From: an uncultured Prevotellaceae bacterium
GTDB taxonomy: Bacteria; Bacteroidota; Bacteroidia; Bacteroidales; Bacteroidaceae
Length of the DNA stretch: 64,000 bases
Direction of reading: 5' to 3'
Assembly: GCA_946184125.1 (NCBI GenBank)
Contig: CAMHEL010000003.1
Location: 4,489 to 68,488 of the forward strand
The notes beneath the pieces were generated by a model. It made no database searches, was not told the origin of the DNA, and saw nothing but the letters and a program-made list of their open reading frames with translations. A program made the translations under genes and the position numbers. Each line of letters starts with the position of its first letter. Positions within the stretch are counted from its first letter, which is position 1. Below, one piece after another: positions 8,683-17,485 of this stretch.

Positions 8683-10132
8683 CCTGATACTCCTGATGCT
8701 CATCCTGCTCACTGCCTGTGGGAAAAAGGTGAAAGACCCGGCACCGGCAGGGAAGCAGCCTGATATCTTCCCCGACTATGTGGGGGTGACCATCCCCGCA
8801 GGCATCGCTCCGCTCAACTTCACCATGGCCGATGGCAGCGACGACTGGATGGACGTCACCGTCAAGGGAGCCAAGGGAGGTGAACTGCACGCCGCCGGCC
8901 GCCATGCCGACTTCGACATCGGGGAGTGGAGACGGCTCACCGAGGCCAATGCCGGCGCCGACCTCACCATAGCGGTGTGCGTGCTGCACGATGGCGCATG
9001 GACGAGCTACGAGCCGTTCACCATCCATGTGAGCGAATTCCCGCTCGACGACTACGGCCTCACCTACCGCCGCATCCCGCCAGGCTATGAGGTGGGAGGC
9101 GACATCGGCATCTACCAGCGCGACCTGCACTCGTTCGACGAGGAGCCCATACTCACCGAGACCACTGTGCCGGGCAGGTGCATGAACTGCCACACCGCCA
9201 ACCGCACCGACCCCAGCCGGCTCACCATGCAGATAAGGGGCGAGAACGGCGGCACACTCATTCAGCAAGACGGTGTGCAGCGATGGATAAACACACGCAC
9301 CGACAGCACCAAGGCAGCAGGAAGCTATGCATACTGGCATCCCTCGGGCGACTATTGCGCCTACGCACTCAATGCCGTACACCAGTCGTTCCATGTGGGC
9401 TCACGGCAGCGCATAGAGGTCTATCACAGCTTTGGCGACGTGATGGTGCTCGACACGCGGAGCGACCAAATGCTCCTCACCCCGCTGCTGATGACCGACG
9501 ACCTGGAAATCTTCCCGGCGTTCTCTCACTCGGGCGACACGCTCTATTACAGTACCTCGAAGCCCTGCAACGTGCCTGCCGAGTATGAGAAGGTGAAGTG
9601 CAGCCTCTGCGCCATCGCGTTCGATGCCGCAAGCGGGCGCTATGGCGACACCGTCGACACGCTGCTCAACGCCAGGCTCACCGACAAGAGCTACACGCTG
9701 GCACGGCCCTCCTACGACGGGCGGTGGCTGATGTACACCGTCGCCGACTGCGGCAACTTCCCCGTCTGCCGGTCTGAGGCCGACCTGTGGCTGATGGACC
9801 TCACCACCCGGGAGACACGGCCGCTGACGGAGGTCAACAGCCACGACACCGAGAGCTGGCACAGCTGGAGCAGCAACAGCCATTGGTTCGTGTTCAGTTC
9901 AAAAAGGGCCGACGGGATGTACACCCAGCTCTTCCTCGCCTGCATCGACGACAGCGGGCGGGTGAGCAAACCTTTCCTCCTCCCCCAGCGCGACCCCAAG
10001 AGATACTATGACAGGATGATGGACGCCTACAACGTGCCCGACTTCACCCGCACACGAGTGCTCTTCGATGCCCGCGAGGCACAACGCCAAGTCTTCGCCA
10101 AAGACAAAAAACAGGTGAAGATAAAAGATTAG
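8666..10132 (+). CDS. Cassette B2: CxNCH beta-propeller lipoprotein, paralogue of A2
   Basis: Lipobox LLTAC. Blocks DIFPDYVGVTIPAGIAPLNF and LTYRRIPPGYE. CMNCH at 9179..9193. PD40-like blades PSYDGRWLMYTVADCGNFP and WSSNSHWFVFSSKR. Overlaps B1 by 17 nt. Confidence 0.6.
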   Translation: MRMRNSLILLMLILLTACGKKVKDPAPAGKQPDIFPDYVGVTIPAGIAPLNFTMADGSDDWMDVTVKGAKGGELHAAGRHADFDIGEWRRLTEANAGADLTIAVCVLHDGAWTSYEPFTIHVSEFPLDDYGLTYRRIPPGYEVGGDIGIYQRDLHSFDEEPILTETTVPGRCMNCHTANRTDPSRLTMQIRGENGGTLIQQDGVQRWINTRTDSTKAAGSYAYWHPSGDYCAYALNAVHQSFHVGSRQRIEVYHSFGDVMVLDTRSDQMLLTPLLMTDDLEIFPAFSHSGDTLYYSTSKPCNVPAEYEKVKCSLCAIAFDAASGRYGDTVDTLLNARLTDKSYTLARPSYDGRWLMYTVADCGNFPVCRSEADLWLMDLTTRETRPLTEVNSHDTESWHSWSSNSHWFVFSSKRADGMYTQLFLACIDDSGRVSKPFLLPQRDPKRYYDRMMDAYNVPDFTRTRVLFDAREAQRQVFAKDKKQVKIKD

Positions 10133-10142
10133 CCCTCCCGGT

Positions 10143-10166
10143 CGGTATGCCGATATCGGCATACCG
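10143..10166. terminator. Perfect 24-bp palindrome; likely bidirectional terminator between convergent cassettes B and C
   Basis: CGGTATGCCGAT|ATCGGCATACCG, followed by AAAAA on the + strand. It sits between the stops at 10132 (+) and 10189 (-). Confidence 0.6.
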
Positions 10167-10188
10167 AAAAACACCGCAAAGAAAAGCC

Positions 10189-11658
10189 TTACTGGAAAGC
10201 GATGGCCTTCTGGCCCATCGCCTGCCTCACGTCGTCGGCTGAGAATGGCAGCCGTCCGCGGCCCAGTTCGGGGACGTTGAACGACTTGAGGTTGAAGTCG
10301 TAGAACTGTGGGTCGCGCTGGGGAAGCACGAAAGGTTTGCTGGCGCGTCCCTGGCGGTCGATGTAGCAGAAATAGGGCTTGCCGTAGAGATGGTCGTCGC
10401 GCTTGGAAGCGAAGACAAGCCAGCGGCTGTTGCTGCTCCAACTGTGGTAGGTGTCGCTCATGTCGCTGTTGACGACGGCCATATCGTCGGTTTCGCCGGT
10501 CTCGAGACGGAGCATCGCCAAGTCACTTTCCTGGTGCCATATCGGAAACGTCCCGTAGTCGGTGACGGTGTAGACAAGCCATTTCCCATCGGGGCTGACA
10601 CGCGGATGCGACACCGACCGCCCATGGCGGTTGGCAGCATAGAGCGTATCGACGCTGTCGCCGAACGCCCCCTTTCCAGCATCGAAGCCGATGCGGCAAA
10701 GGCTGTAGCGCATCTGCTGCAGCTCGCCGGGCAGTTTCACGCTGGGCGCAGAGCAGAAATACACATACTTGCCATCGGGCGAGAAAGCGGGGAAGGTCTC
10801 AAAGGCCGTGCTGTCGCTCAGCAGGGCGCTGCGGATGATGCGGTGTCGCTCCAAATCGGCCACATACACATCGGAAGACTTGTCGAACACCTCGAGGCGC
10901 TTCTCGGGGCGGGCATGGAAGGCCGGTATGATGACATTGGATGAAAAGGCGATGTGGCGGCCGTCGGGGCTGAACCCGTAATAGACACTCCCCGACACCA
11001 TGCCATCGGCTTTGATGTCGAGCTTGCTCAGCTGCCCTTTGCGGTTGAGGATGGCACCGCCGCCCTCACCCCTGACATAGAGCATCGACAGGTCGGACGA
11101 CTGGCTGCCATAGACATGGCAGTTCATGCAGCGGTTGCCCACAAGGCCGTAATCGCAGATGGCCCGCTCGTTGAAATCCTCCACACAGCGCTCATGCAGC
11201 GACAGGTTCTGGTATATCTCATAGTCGGGCTCTATCAGCCGGTAAGTGAGGTAAGGGTCCACCTCGTCGGTGGTCACCTGCCAGGAGAAGGACTTGAACT
11301 GCCGCCATTGGCCTTTCTCGAGCGCCGACACCGTCACGTCCACTTTGCCATCGCCCACCTGCTGGAGGAAGTCCTTCCACTGGCCGACGGGTATGCACAC
11401 CTCATTGCCCCGGGCGTTGACCCGGAGCGTCGCCGCCCCGCTTACGGCCCTCATCTCCACCGCCTCGAAGTCGCCGCGCAGAAGGAAGTTGAGCGGGGCG
11501 ATGTTGCAGGGGATGGTGACATCGGCATAGTCAGGATACATGGGTGGCAGCTCGCCGACCAACTGCGGATTGGAGGGCGTGGGGGTGCATGCAGACAAGC
11601 AAATAATGGCGAGAGCCACAAGCAGATGCTTGACGAGGGGGATGGCAGACTCACTCAT
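10189..11658 (-). CDS. Cassette C2: CxNCH beta-propeller lipoprotein, paralogue of A2 and B2
   Basis: Lipobox CLSAC. Blocks PPMYPDYADVTIPCNIAPLNF and LTYRLIEPDYE. CMNCH encoded at 11116..11130 (-). PD40-like blades FSPDGKYVYF, VSPDGKWLVYTVTDYGTFP and WSSNSRWLVFASKR. A 4-nt ATGA overlap joins it to C1. Confidence 0.6.
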   Translation of the reverse strand: MSESAIPLVKHLLVALAIICLSACTPTPSNPQLVGELPPMYPDYADVTIPCNIAPLNFLLRGDFEAVEMRAVSGAATLRVNARGNEVCIPVGQWKDFLQQVGDGKVDVTVSALEKGQWRQFKSFSWQVTTDEVDPYLTYRLIEPDYEIYQNLSLHERCVEDFNERAICDYGLVGNRCMNCHVYGSQSSDLSMLYVRGEGGGAILNRKGQLSKLDIKADGMVSGSVYYGFSPDGRHIAFSSNVIIPAFHARPEKRLEVFDKSSDVYVADLERHRIIRSALLSDSTAFETFPAFSPDGKYVYFCSAPSVKLPGELQQMRYSLCRIGFDAGKGAFGDSVDTLYAANRHGRSVSHPRVSPDGKWLVYTVTDYGTFPIWHQESDLAMLRLETGETDDMAVVNSDMSDTYHSWSSNSRWLVFASKRDDHLYGKPYFCYIDRQGRASKPFVLPQRDPQFYDFNLKSFNVPELGRGRLPFSADDVRQAMGQKAIAFQ

Positions 11659-13292
11659 GGTTGTGGTGCTTTTGCGGTGTCAAAATAATACCAATAGGTG
11701 TCACTGAACGAGGGGTCGCCACGATGCCGGTTGTAGTCGCTGAAACGCCGCAACTGTTCCTGGTCGTGAATGTATTTTTTCCATTCTTCCTCAGGAGCTT
11801 GCGTTCCAGCGAGGTATATCATCAGCGCCTGTTGGTAAAGCGGTTTCAGGCGCTCGCGGCCCAGGTCAAAACAGTATCGGTCGTAGTCGCGCTTGAAATT
11901 GGCGATATCCTTGAGCAGGAGGGTGCTGCAGAGGATGTAGTCGAGCGCCACCATGTTGTCGGGGTTGGTGTCGAGCAGTTCCATCATCACCATATGCAGG
12001 TTGTCGGTGAGGCGTATGGTGTCGGCACGGTTGACGAACATCTGCTTCTCGAGCAAATACCTGAAGGCTTTGGGCTCCTTTTGTGTCATCCGCTGTGCCC
12101 AGTCGGCATACACCCATGTCTTTTGCAGCAGCCGGAGGTATTTGTTGGCCGCCAAGGTGTCGCCGCTCACGATATTGCACTCCGCCAACCGCTTGACCAT
12201 TCGCACATTACGGTTCTGCGGCGAGAACACATTGGTCATCATGGCGGCGCGCTCGGTGAGCGTCATGTCGCCCAGCGCCCAGTAGAGCTCGTTCATATTG
12301 ATGATGGTGAGCCGCGAACTCTCGGGGCCTATCTTGTAAAACGTGCCCAGCTGGTTGGGAATGAAGCGCAGCAGATGGTCGGGCAACTCTCCCTGCTGGG
12401 CCTTGACGAGGTTGTAGAAGAAGAGCATCTCGTCGGTGGGGGCGGCATCATTCTCCACCATTGCCTCCACTTTGCGCCAGTTGCCGAAATGGTATTCGTT
12501 GTCGGCTGCCAGGTCTTTCTCCAGGATGAAGTCGGGCAGCACCCATTTCCCCATCCCCGGATAGGACAGCGCCTGGGGGGGAGTCAGACAGTAGAGGCGG
12601 GGCGAGAACAAGCCCGCCAATGCCATGATGAGGACTGGTGCGAGTGCCCACAGCCAGCTCCACCGCCATGGCCGTTTCCCTCGCTTGCCGATGGTTTCCA
12701 GCACGAGAAGCGCCTGCAGCACCCACACGCCATAGCCCCACATCCAATAGGTGAGGACGGCTGCCACGACGATGACCAGGGCATTGGTCCATCTGCCCTC
12801 TTTGCAGAGCCAACCGACGATGAGATAGGATGCCAAGCCTCCCCACAGCGCCAGCACCGACGACAGGCGGTAGTCGGCACGGAAACAGAAGACGGCCTCG
12901 AGGGTCATCACCAGGATGGCGGCAAGAAAAGCCCAGTGGATGCCTAAACCACAACGCTGCAACGCACGACGGGCGGCATCGCCCACAGCCAGCAATGCCA
13001 CGGTGAGGATGGCCGGACCGGCATAGAGATAGTAGTAGAACTGGGTGAGGAAATCGCCCGCCAGGCAGGCTGCCCATGCCGGCTTGCTGAAATAGGAGTA
13101 GATGTAGCCGTCGTCGAGAAGAAACAGCTGGTTCTGCTCCTGATAGAAGAAATGGCAGGGGTAGTAAAACAGGAAGAACACCAGGCATGCCGAGGCCCAC
13201 AGCGCGATGGCCACAAGCCATGGCACGGGGACGGGCAGCCATCTGCCCAGCATACCGATAGTGCGGGGGGTGTTTTCTTCAGACTTTGACAT
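11655..13292 (-). CDS. Cassette C1: polytopic membrane protein, paralogue of A1 and B1
   Basis: Blocks FYQEQNQLFL and RLAECNIVSGDTLAANKYLRLLQKTWVYADWA. The ORF extends to 13367. A minus-strand TACCTTTG box (13301..13308) lies inside that extension, so the start is more likely MSKSEEN (13292) or MLGRW (13253). Confidence 0.58.
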   Translation of the reverse strand: MSKSEENTPRTIGMLGRWLPVPVPWLVAIALWASACLVFFLFYYPCHFFYQEQNQLFLLDDGYIYSYFSKPAWAACLAGDFLTQFYYYLYAGPAILTVALLAVGDAARRALQRCGLGIHWAFLAAILVMTLEAVFCFRADYRLSSVLALWGGLASYLIVGWLCKEGRWTNALVIVVAAVLTYWMWGYGVWVLQALLVLETIGKRGKRPWRWSWLWALAPVLIMALAGLFSPRLYCLTPPQALSYPGMGKWVLPDFILEKDLAADNEYHFGNWRKVEAMVENDAAPTDEMLFFYNLVKAQQGELPDHLLRFIPNQLGTFYKIGPESSRLTIINMNELYWALGDMTLTERAAMMTNVFSPQNRNVRMVKRLAECNIVSGDTLAANKYLRLLQKTWVYADWAQRMTQKEPKAFRYLLEKQMFVNRADTIRLTDNLHMVMMELLDTNPDNMVALDYILCSTLLLKDIANFKRDYDRYCFDLGRERLKPLYQQALMIYLAGTQAPEEEWKKYIHDQEQLRRFSDYNRHRGDPSFSDTYWYYFDTAKAPQP

Positions 13293-13499
13293 ACAGGCTG
13301 CAAAGGTAACGCATTTAGGACGAAACAGCACCATTTTTGGAGAAAAAAGTAAGGGTGCCGCCACCAAGACATTTTCTTGCGGTATGTAAACACACCATTG
13401 TTAGGCATGGGAAACAAGTAAAAAAAGAGTCATTTTCTCATTTTTGGAAAAGTATCAATAATGGTCAAAATAGTATTGTATATATAACATTTTTTACTA

Positions 13500-13507
13500 T
13501 ATCTTTG
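13500..13507 (+). promoter_or_regulatory. -7 promoter box TATCTTTG upstream of susC-like gene
   Basis: TAnnTTTG match within an AT-rich intergenic region, about 190 nt upstream of the ATG at 13697. Confidence 0.4.
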
Positions 13508-13696
13508 CAAATTGAAAAAAAGGATAAAAATACCAAATTAAAAACAAGCCTAAAACTTCACTAAATGAAAGACAATACGGGATAATTTTAGACCTATCCC
13601 TTTCTGCGAGAAAGGGTATGCCAGCATGACCTAACATGCGTTAAAATGCAAGAAACAAAGCAAATACTTTAATTTAACCTAGAAAAAAGCTTAAGT

Positions 13697-16600
13697 ATGA
13701 ATTTGAATTTCAGAAAAACAGTGCTGCTCATGGGTGCTTGCATTGGTTTGGGATTTGTTTCCCCAGCTCATGCGACCTCATCGACCGTAACTGCACCTGC
13801 AGTTCAGCAGACGAAAAAAGTCAGTGGTGTCGTCAGAGATGCTGATGGACCGGTCATCGGAGCCACCATCATGGAGAAAGGCACCAACAACGGAACGGTT
13901 ACCGACTTCGACGGTAACTTCTCTCTCGACGTGCAGCCAGGCGCTGTGCTGGTCATCACCTACATCGGTTACACCACACAGGAAATCCCCGTGGGCAACC
14001 AGTCAAACTTCGCCATCAACCTCTCGGAAGACTCCGACATGCTCGATGAAGTCGTGGTCGTGGGTTACGGTGTGCAGAAGAAGAAACTCGTCACCGGTGC
14101 CACTCTCGAAGTGAAGGGTGAGAACATCACCAAGATGAACACCACACAGGTGCTCGGCGCCCTGCAGAGCCAGGCTCCCGGCGTCAACATCCAGGCCAAC
14201 TCCGGTCAGCCGGGCGACGGATTCAAAATCAACATCCGTGGTGCAGGTACCAACAGCAGCACCAATCCTATCTACGTCATCGACGGTGTGGCTGGAGGTG
14301 ACATCAACGCCCTCAACCCTGCCGACATCGAGCGCATCGACGTGCTGAAGGATGCCGCATCGGCTGCCATCTACGGTTCGTCGGCTGCCAATGGTGTCAT
14401 CCTCATCACCACCAAGCAGGGTAAGGAAGGAAAGGTAGAAGTGAGCTACGATGGAAACATCGGATGGCAGAATGTCTACAAAATGCCTGAGACCCTCAAC
14501 GCCAAGCAGTATATGCAAGTCATGGACCTGGTGAGCCACAACTCTGTAGGCGGACTCTACGACTGGTCGAGGTATATCGATGCCGACCTGCTCAAAGCCT
14601 ATAAAGACGGCACCAACAAGGGTACGGACTGGGTGGACTCATTCCGCAACAAGAACTCCATCGTCACCAACCACTCGCTCAACCTCGCCGGAGGTAACGA
14701 AGTGTCGAAATTCTCGACGGGTGTGGGCTACCAATACCAGGACGGTGTGTTCGGAGGACCGGTGAAGTCCGACTTCCGCCGCTTCACCTTCCGTCTCAAC
14801 TCTGAGCATGTCATCTACAAAGTGGGCGACAGGGATGTCGTCAAGATTGGCGAGAACCTGTATTTCCAGCATCGCCAGAGCCAGGGTATCCAGATTGGCA
14901 ACCAGTATGCCAACGACCTTTCAAATATGCTGCGCGCCAACCCGTGCGTACCTATTTATAATAAAAACGGCGACTATTTCATGTGGGAAGACATCGTGTC
15001 GTCGGGTACTGACGGATGGTTCAAATACAACAACTTCACCAGCAACCCCATCGCTGCCGCTGTCTACAACCAAGCCGGCAACAACAAGAGCAAGAGCTTC
15101 AACCTCAGTGCCGTGGCTTATGTCGAGGTGCAGCCCATCAAGAACCTGACCTACCGCGGACAGGTGTCCTACAGGCAGTGGTCGAGCAGCTGGTGGTGCT
15201 ATCTCCCCACCTTCCGCATCCACGACAACTCGGGTGGTTTCCGCAATACCGACCAGACCATCGACAACCTCTCACTGGGATGGAACTGGAACCTCGTCAA
15301 CACGCTGAACTACCGCTTCGACCTGGGCAACAACCACTTCGACATCTTGGGCGGTATGGAGTACTCCAAGTCGCGTCCTCACTATGGTGAATCGGTCAAC
15401 GCCACCGCTTCGGGCAACATCTTCGGCGATGCCACACATGCCTACATGCACAACATGACTGGCCGCACATCGGCTGTCGTCGACGGCTATCCCAGTGGAT
15501 ATGACGCTAAACTCTCGTACTTCGGACGTCTGAACTACGACTTCAACGAGACCTATCTGTTCACCGCCATCATCCGTGCCGACGGTTCCTCGAAGTTCGC
15601 TCCCGGAAACCAGTGGGGCTACTTCCCCTCAGTATCAGCAGGTTGGGTCATCTCAAATGAGAAATTCATGGAGGGCACCAAGAGCTGGCTGTCGTTCCTG
15701 AAACTGCGTGCCGGCTGGGGACAGAACGGTAACGACAATATCGGTTCCGTGCTGTGGAAGTCGAACTTCGACTTCGGCGACTACGGACAGTATTCCTTCG
15801 GCAACACCAAAGATGCCTACACTCAGGGTGCTTATCCTGCCAACATTGAGAATCCTGACCTCAAGTGGGAGACCTCGCAGCAGACCAACGTGGGTCTCGA
15901 CGCACGCTTCCTTGGCGGACGACTCACCACCACGCTGGAATGGTACAACAAAGAGACTAAAGACCTGCTCCTCTGGGTGCCCCTGTGGGGTATCGTCGGA
16001 CAGAACGGCTACACCGCCAATGCCGGCACCGTGAAGAACACCGGTATCGAGGCTGCCGTGGGATGGCAGGACAACATCGGCGACTTCAGCTATGGCATCA
16101 ATGTCAACTTCGCCAAGAACAAGAACGAGGTGACCGAGGTGAAAAACGCCAATCACTTCGTGGAAGGCGGCAACGACCTCATTGCCCAAAACACAGGCAT
16201 CATGGCACGCATGGAGGAAGGACACCCCATCGGCTACTTCTATGGCTACAAGACCGAGGGTGTCATCCAGAACGAAAGCGACCTGCAAGCCTATCTCAGC
16301 AAGAACTGCGGCGGCAAGGCTGCCAACTCCCTCCAAAGCACCTCCATTCAGCCGGGCGACCTGAAGTTCGTCGACACCAATGGCGATGGCATCATCACTC
16401 CCGATGACAAGACCGAAATAGGAAGCCCACACCCCGACTTCACCCTCGGCGCGTCGCTCAACCTGGGCTACAAAGGCTTCGACTTGTCGGTCACCACATT
16501 CGGCTCATTCGGCAACGAGGTGGTGCGCTCATGGCGCAAGAACACCGACTCGCAGTTTGAGAACTACACCACCGAGGTGTATAACTACTGGCATGGCGAG

Positions 16601-17440
16601 GGAACATCCAACAAATACCCCATGCTGAAACCAGGCAACATCGGTGCCAACTGGCAGCAGGTGTCCGACATCTACGTGGAGGACGCTTCCTACTTCCGCA
16701 TCCAGAACGTCACACTGGGCTACGACTTCGCAAAACTGCTCAAGAGCACCAGCCCGTTCAGCCAGCTCCGCGTCTACTTCGCCGCACAGAACCTCCTCAC
16801 CTTCACCAACTACAAAGGTATGGATCCTGAAAACGGTATTGCCATCGGCAATGAGTCTTGGGTCACCGGCGTCGATGTCGGCAACTATCCTCAGCCTCGC
16901 ACCTATATGGTGGGCGTCAACCTCAAGTTCAAGGACAAGAGAGAGAAGAAAGCTGCCGCTCCCATCGTGCAGACCAAGGTGGAGTATGTGACCGACAACA
17001 GCGAAATCGACCGCCTCAATGGCGTCGTCAACCAGCTGCGTGCCGAGAACGACAAACTGAAGAACCAGAAGCCGACGAACACCACCACCGTCATCACCGA
17101 CAAGGAAGTGGTCACCTATCCTTACTTCGTCAACTTCGAAAAGAGCAAGACCGAGGTCGTCAACCGCGAGCGCGTCAACCTGAGCACCATCGCAAAGATG
17201 ATCAAGGAAAACCCAGGCAAGAAATACAGCATCATGGGCTACGCCGACAAGGCCACCGGAACAGCCGAGCGCAACAAGTGGCTGGCCGAGAACCGCGCCA
17301 AGAATGTCTACGACGTACTCATCAAGGAGTATGGCGTGCCTGCAAGCAGCCTCATCCTCGACTCGAAGGGCGGCGTGGAGAACCTGTACTTCAATGATCC
17401 TCAGATGAGCCGCTCAGTATTAATCACAGAGGTGAAATAA
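13697..17440 (+). CDS. SusC/RagA-family TonB-dependent outer-membrane transporter with a C-terminal OmpA-like extension
   Basis: 1247 aa. It has a signal peptide and a CarboxypepD_reg-like N-terminus (VSGVVRDADGPVIGATIMEKGT..TDFDGNFSL). A plug region and a long barrel follow. The barrel ends in the canonical terminal strand VGVNLKF at nt 16930, but the frame stays open for 169 more residues. Confidence 0.85.
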   Translation: MNLNFRKTVLLMGACIGLGFVSPAHATSSTVTAPAVQQTKKVSGVVRDADGPVIGATIMEKGTNNGTVTDFDGNFSLDVQPGAVLVITYIGYTTQEIPVGNQSNFAINLSEDSDMLDEVVVVGYGVQKKKLVTGATLEVKGENITKMNTTQVLGALQSQAPGVNIQANSGQPGDGFKINIRGAGTNSSTNPIYVIDGVAGGDINALNPADIERIDVLKDAASAAIYGSSAANGVILITTKQGKEGKVEVSYDGNIGWQNVYKMPETLNAKQYMQVMDLVSHNSVGGLYDWSRYIDADLLKAYKDGTNKGTDWVDSFRNKNSIVTNHSLNLAGGNEVSKFSTGVGYQYQDGVFGGPVKSDFRRFTFRLNSEHVIYKVGDRDVVKIGENLYFQHRQSQGIQIGNQYANDLSNMLRANPCVPIYNKNGDYFMWEDIVSSGTDGWFKYNNFTSNPIAAAVYNQAGNNKSKSFNLSAVAYVEVQPIKNLTYRGQVSYRQWSSSWWCYLPTFRIHDNSGGFRNTDQTIDNLSLGWNWNLVNTLNYRFDLGNNHFDILGGMEYSKSRPHYGESVNATASGNIFGDATHAYMHNMTGRTSAVVDGYPSGYDAKLSYFGRLNYDFNETYLFTAIIRADGSSKFAPGNQWGYFPSVSAGWVISNEKFMEGTKSWLSFLKLRAGWGQNGNDNIGSVLWKSNFDFGDYGQYSFGNTKDAYTQGAYPANIENPDLKWETSQQTNVGLDARFLGGRLTTTLEWYNKETKDLLLWVPLWGIVGQNGYTANAGTVKNTGIEAAVGWQDNIGDFSYGINVNFAKNKNEVTEVKNANHFVEGGNDLIAQNTGIMARMEEGHPIGYFYGYKTEGVIQNESDLQAYLSKNCGGKAANSLQSTSIQPGDLKFVDTNGDGIITPDDKTEIGSPHPDFTLGASLNLGYKGFDLSVTTFGSFGNEVVRSWRKNTDSQFENYTTEVYNYWHGEGTSNKYPMLKPGNIGANWQQVSDIYVEDASYFRIQNVTLGYDFAKLLKSTSPFSQLRVYFAAQNLLTFTNYKGMDPENGIAIGNESWVTGVDVGNYPQPRTYMVGVNLKFKDKREKKAAAPIVQTKVEYVTDNSEIDRLNGVVNQLRAENDKLKNQKPTNTTTVITDKEVVTYPYFVNFEKSKTEVVNRERVNLSTIAKMIKENPGKKYSIMGYADKATGTAERNKWLAENRAKNVYDVLIKEYGVPASSLILDSKGGVENLYFNDPQMSRSVLITEVK
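16931..17437 (+). other. Domain within the SusC-like CDS: K/E-rich coiled-coil linker plus an OmpA_C-like peptidoglycan-binding domain
   Basis: The linker reads KDKREKKAAAP...IDRLNGVVNQLRAENDKLKNQK. The next stretch, FVNFEKSKTEV..LSTIAKMIKENPGKKYSIMGYADKATGTAERNKWLAENRAKNVYDVLIKEYGV..., matches the OmpA_C pattern (F.F...S.L.....L..IA......I.GH/YxD..G....N..L...RA..V...L). Confidence 0.7.
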
Positions 17441-17485
17441 TCTTGACAGGTTTCAGTATCATTTAATCAATAGCATATAGAAAAC

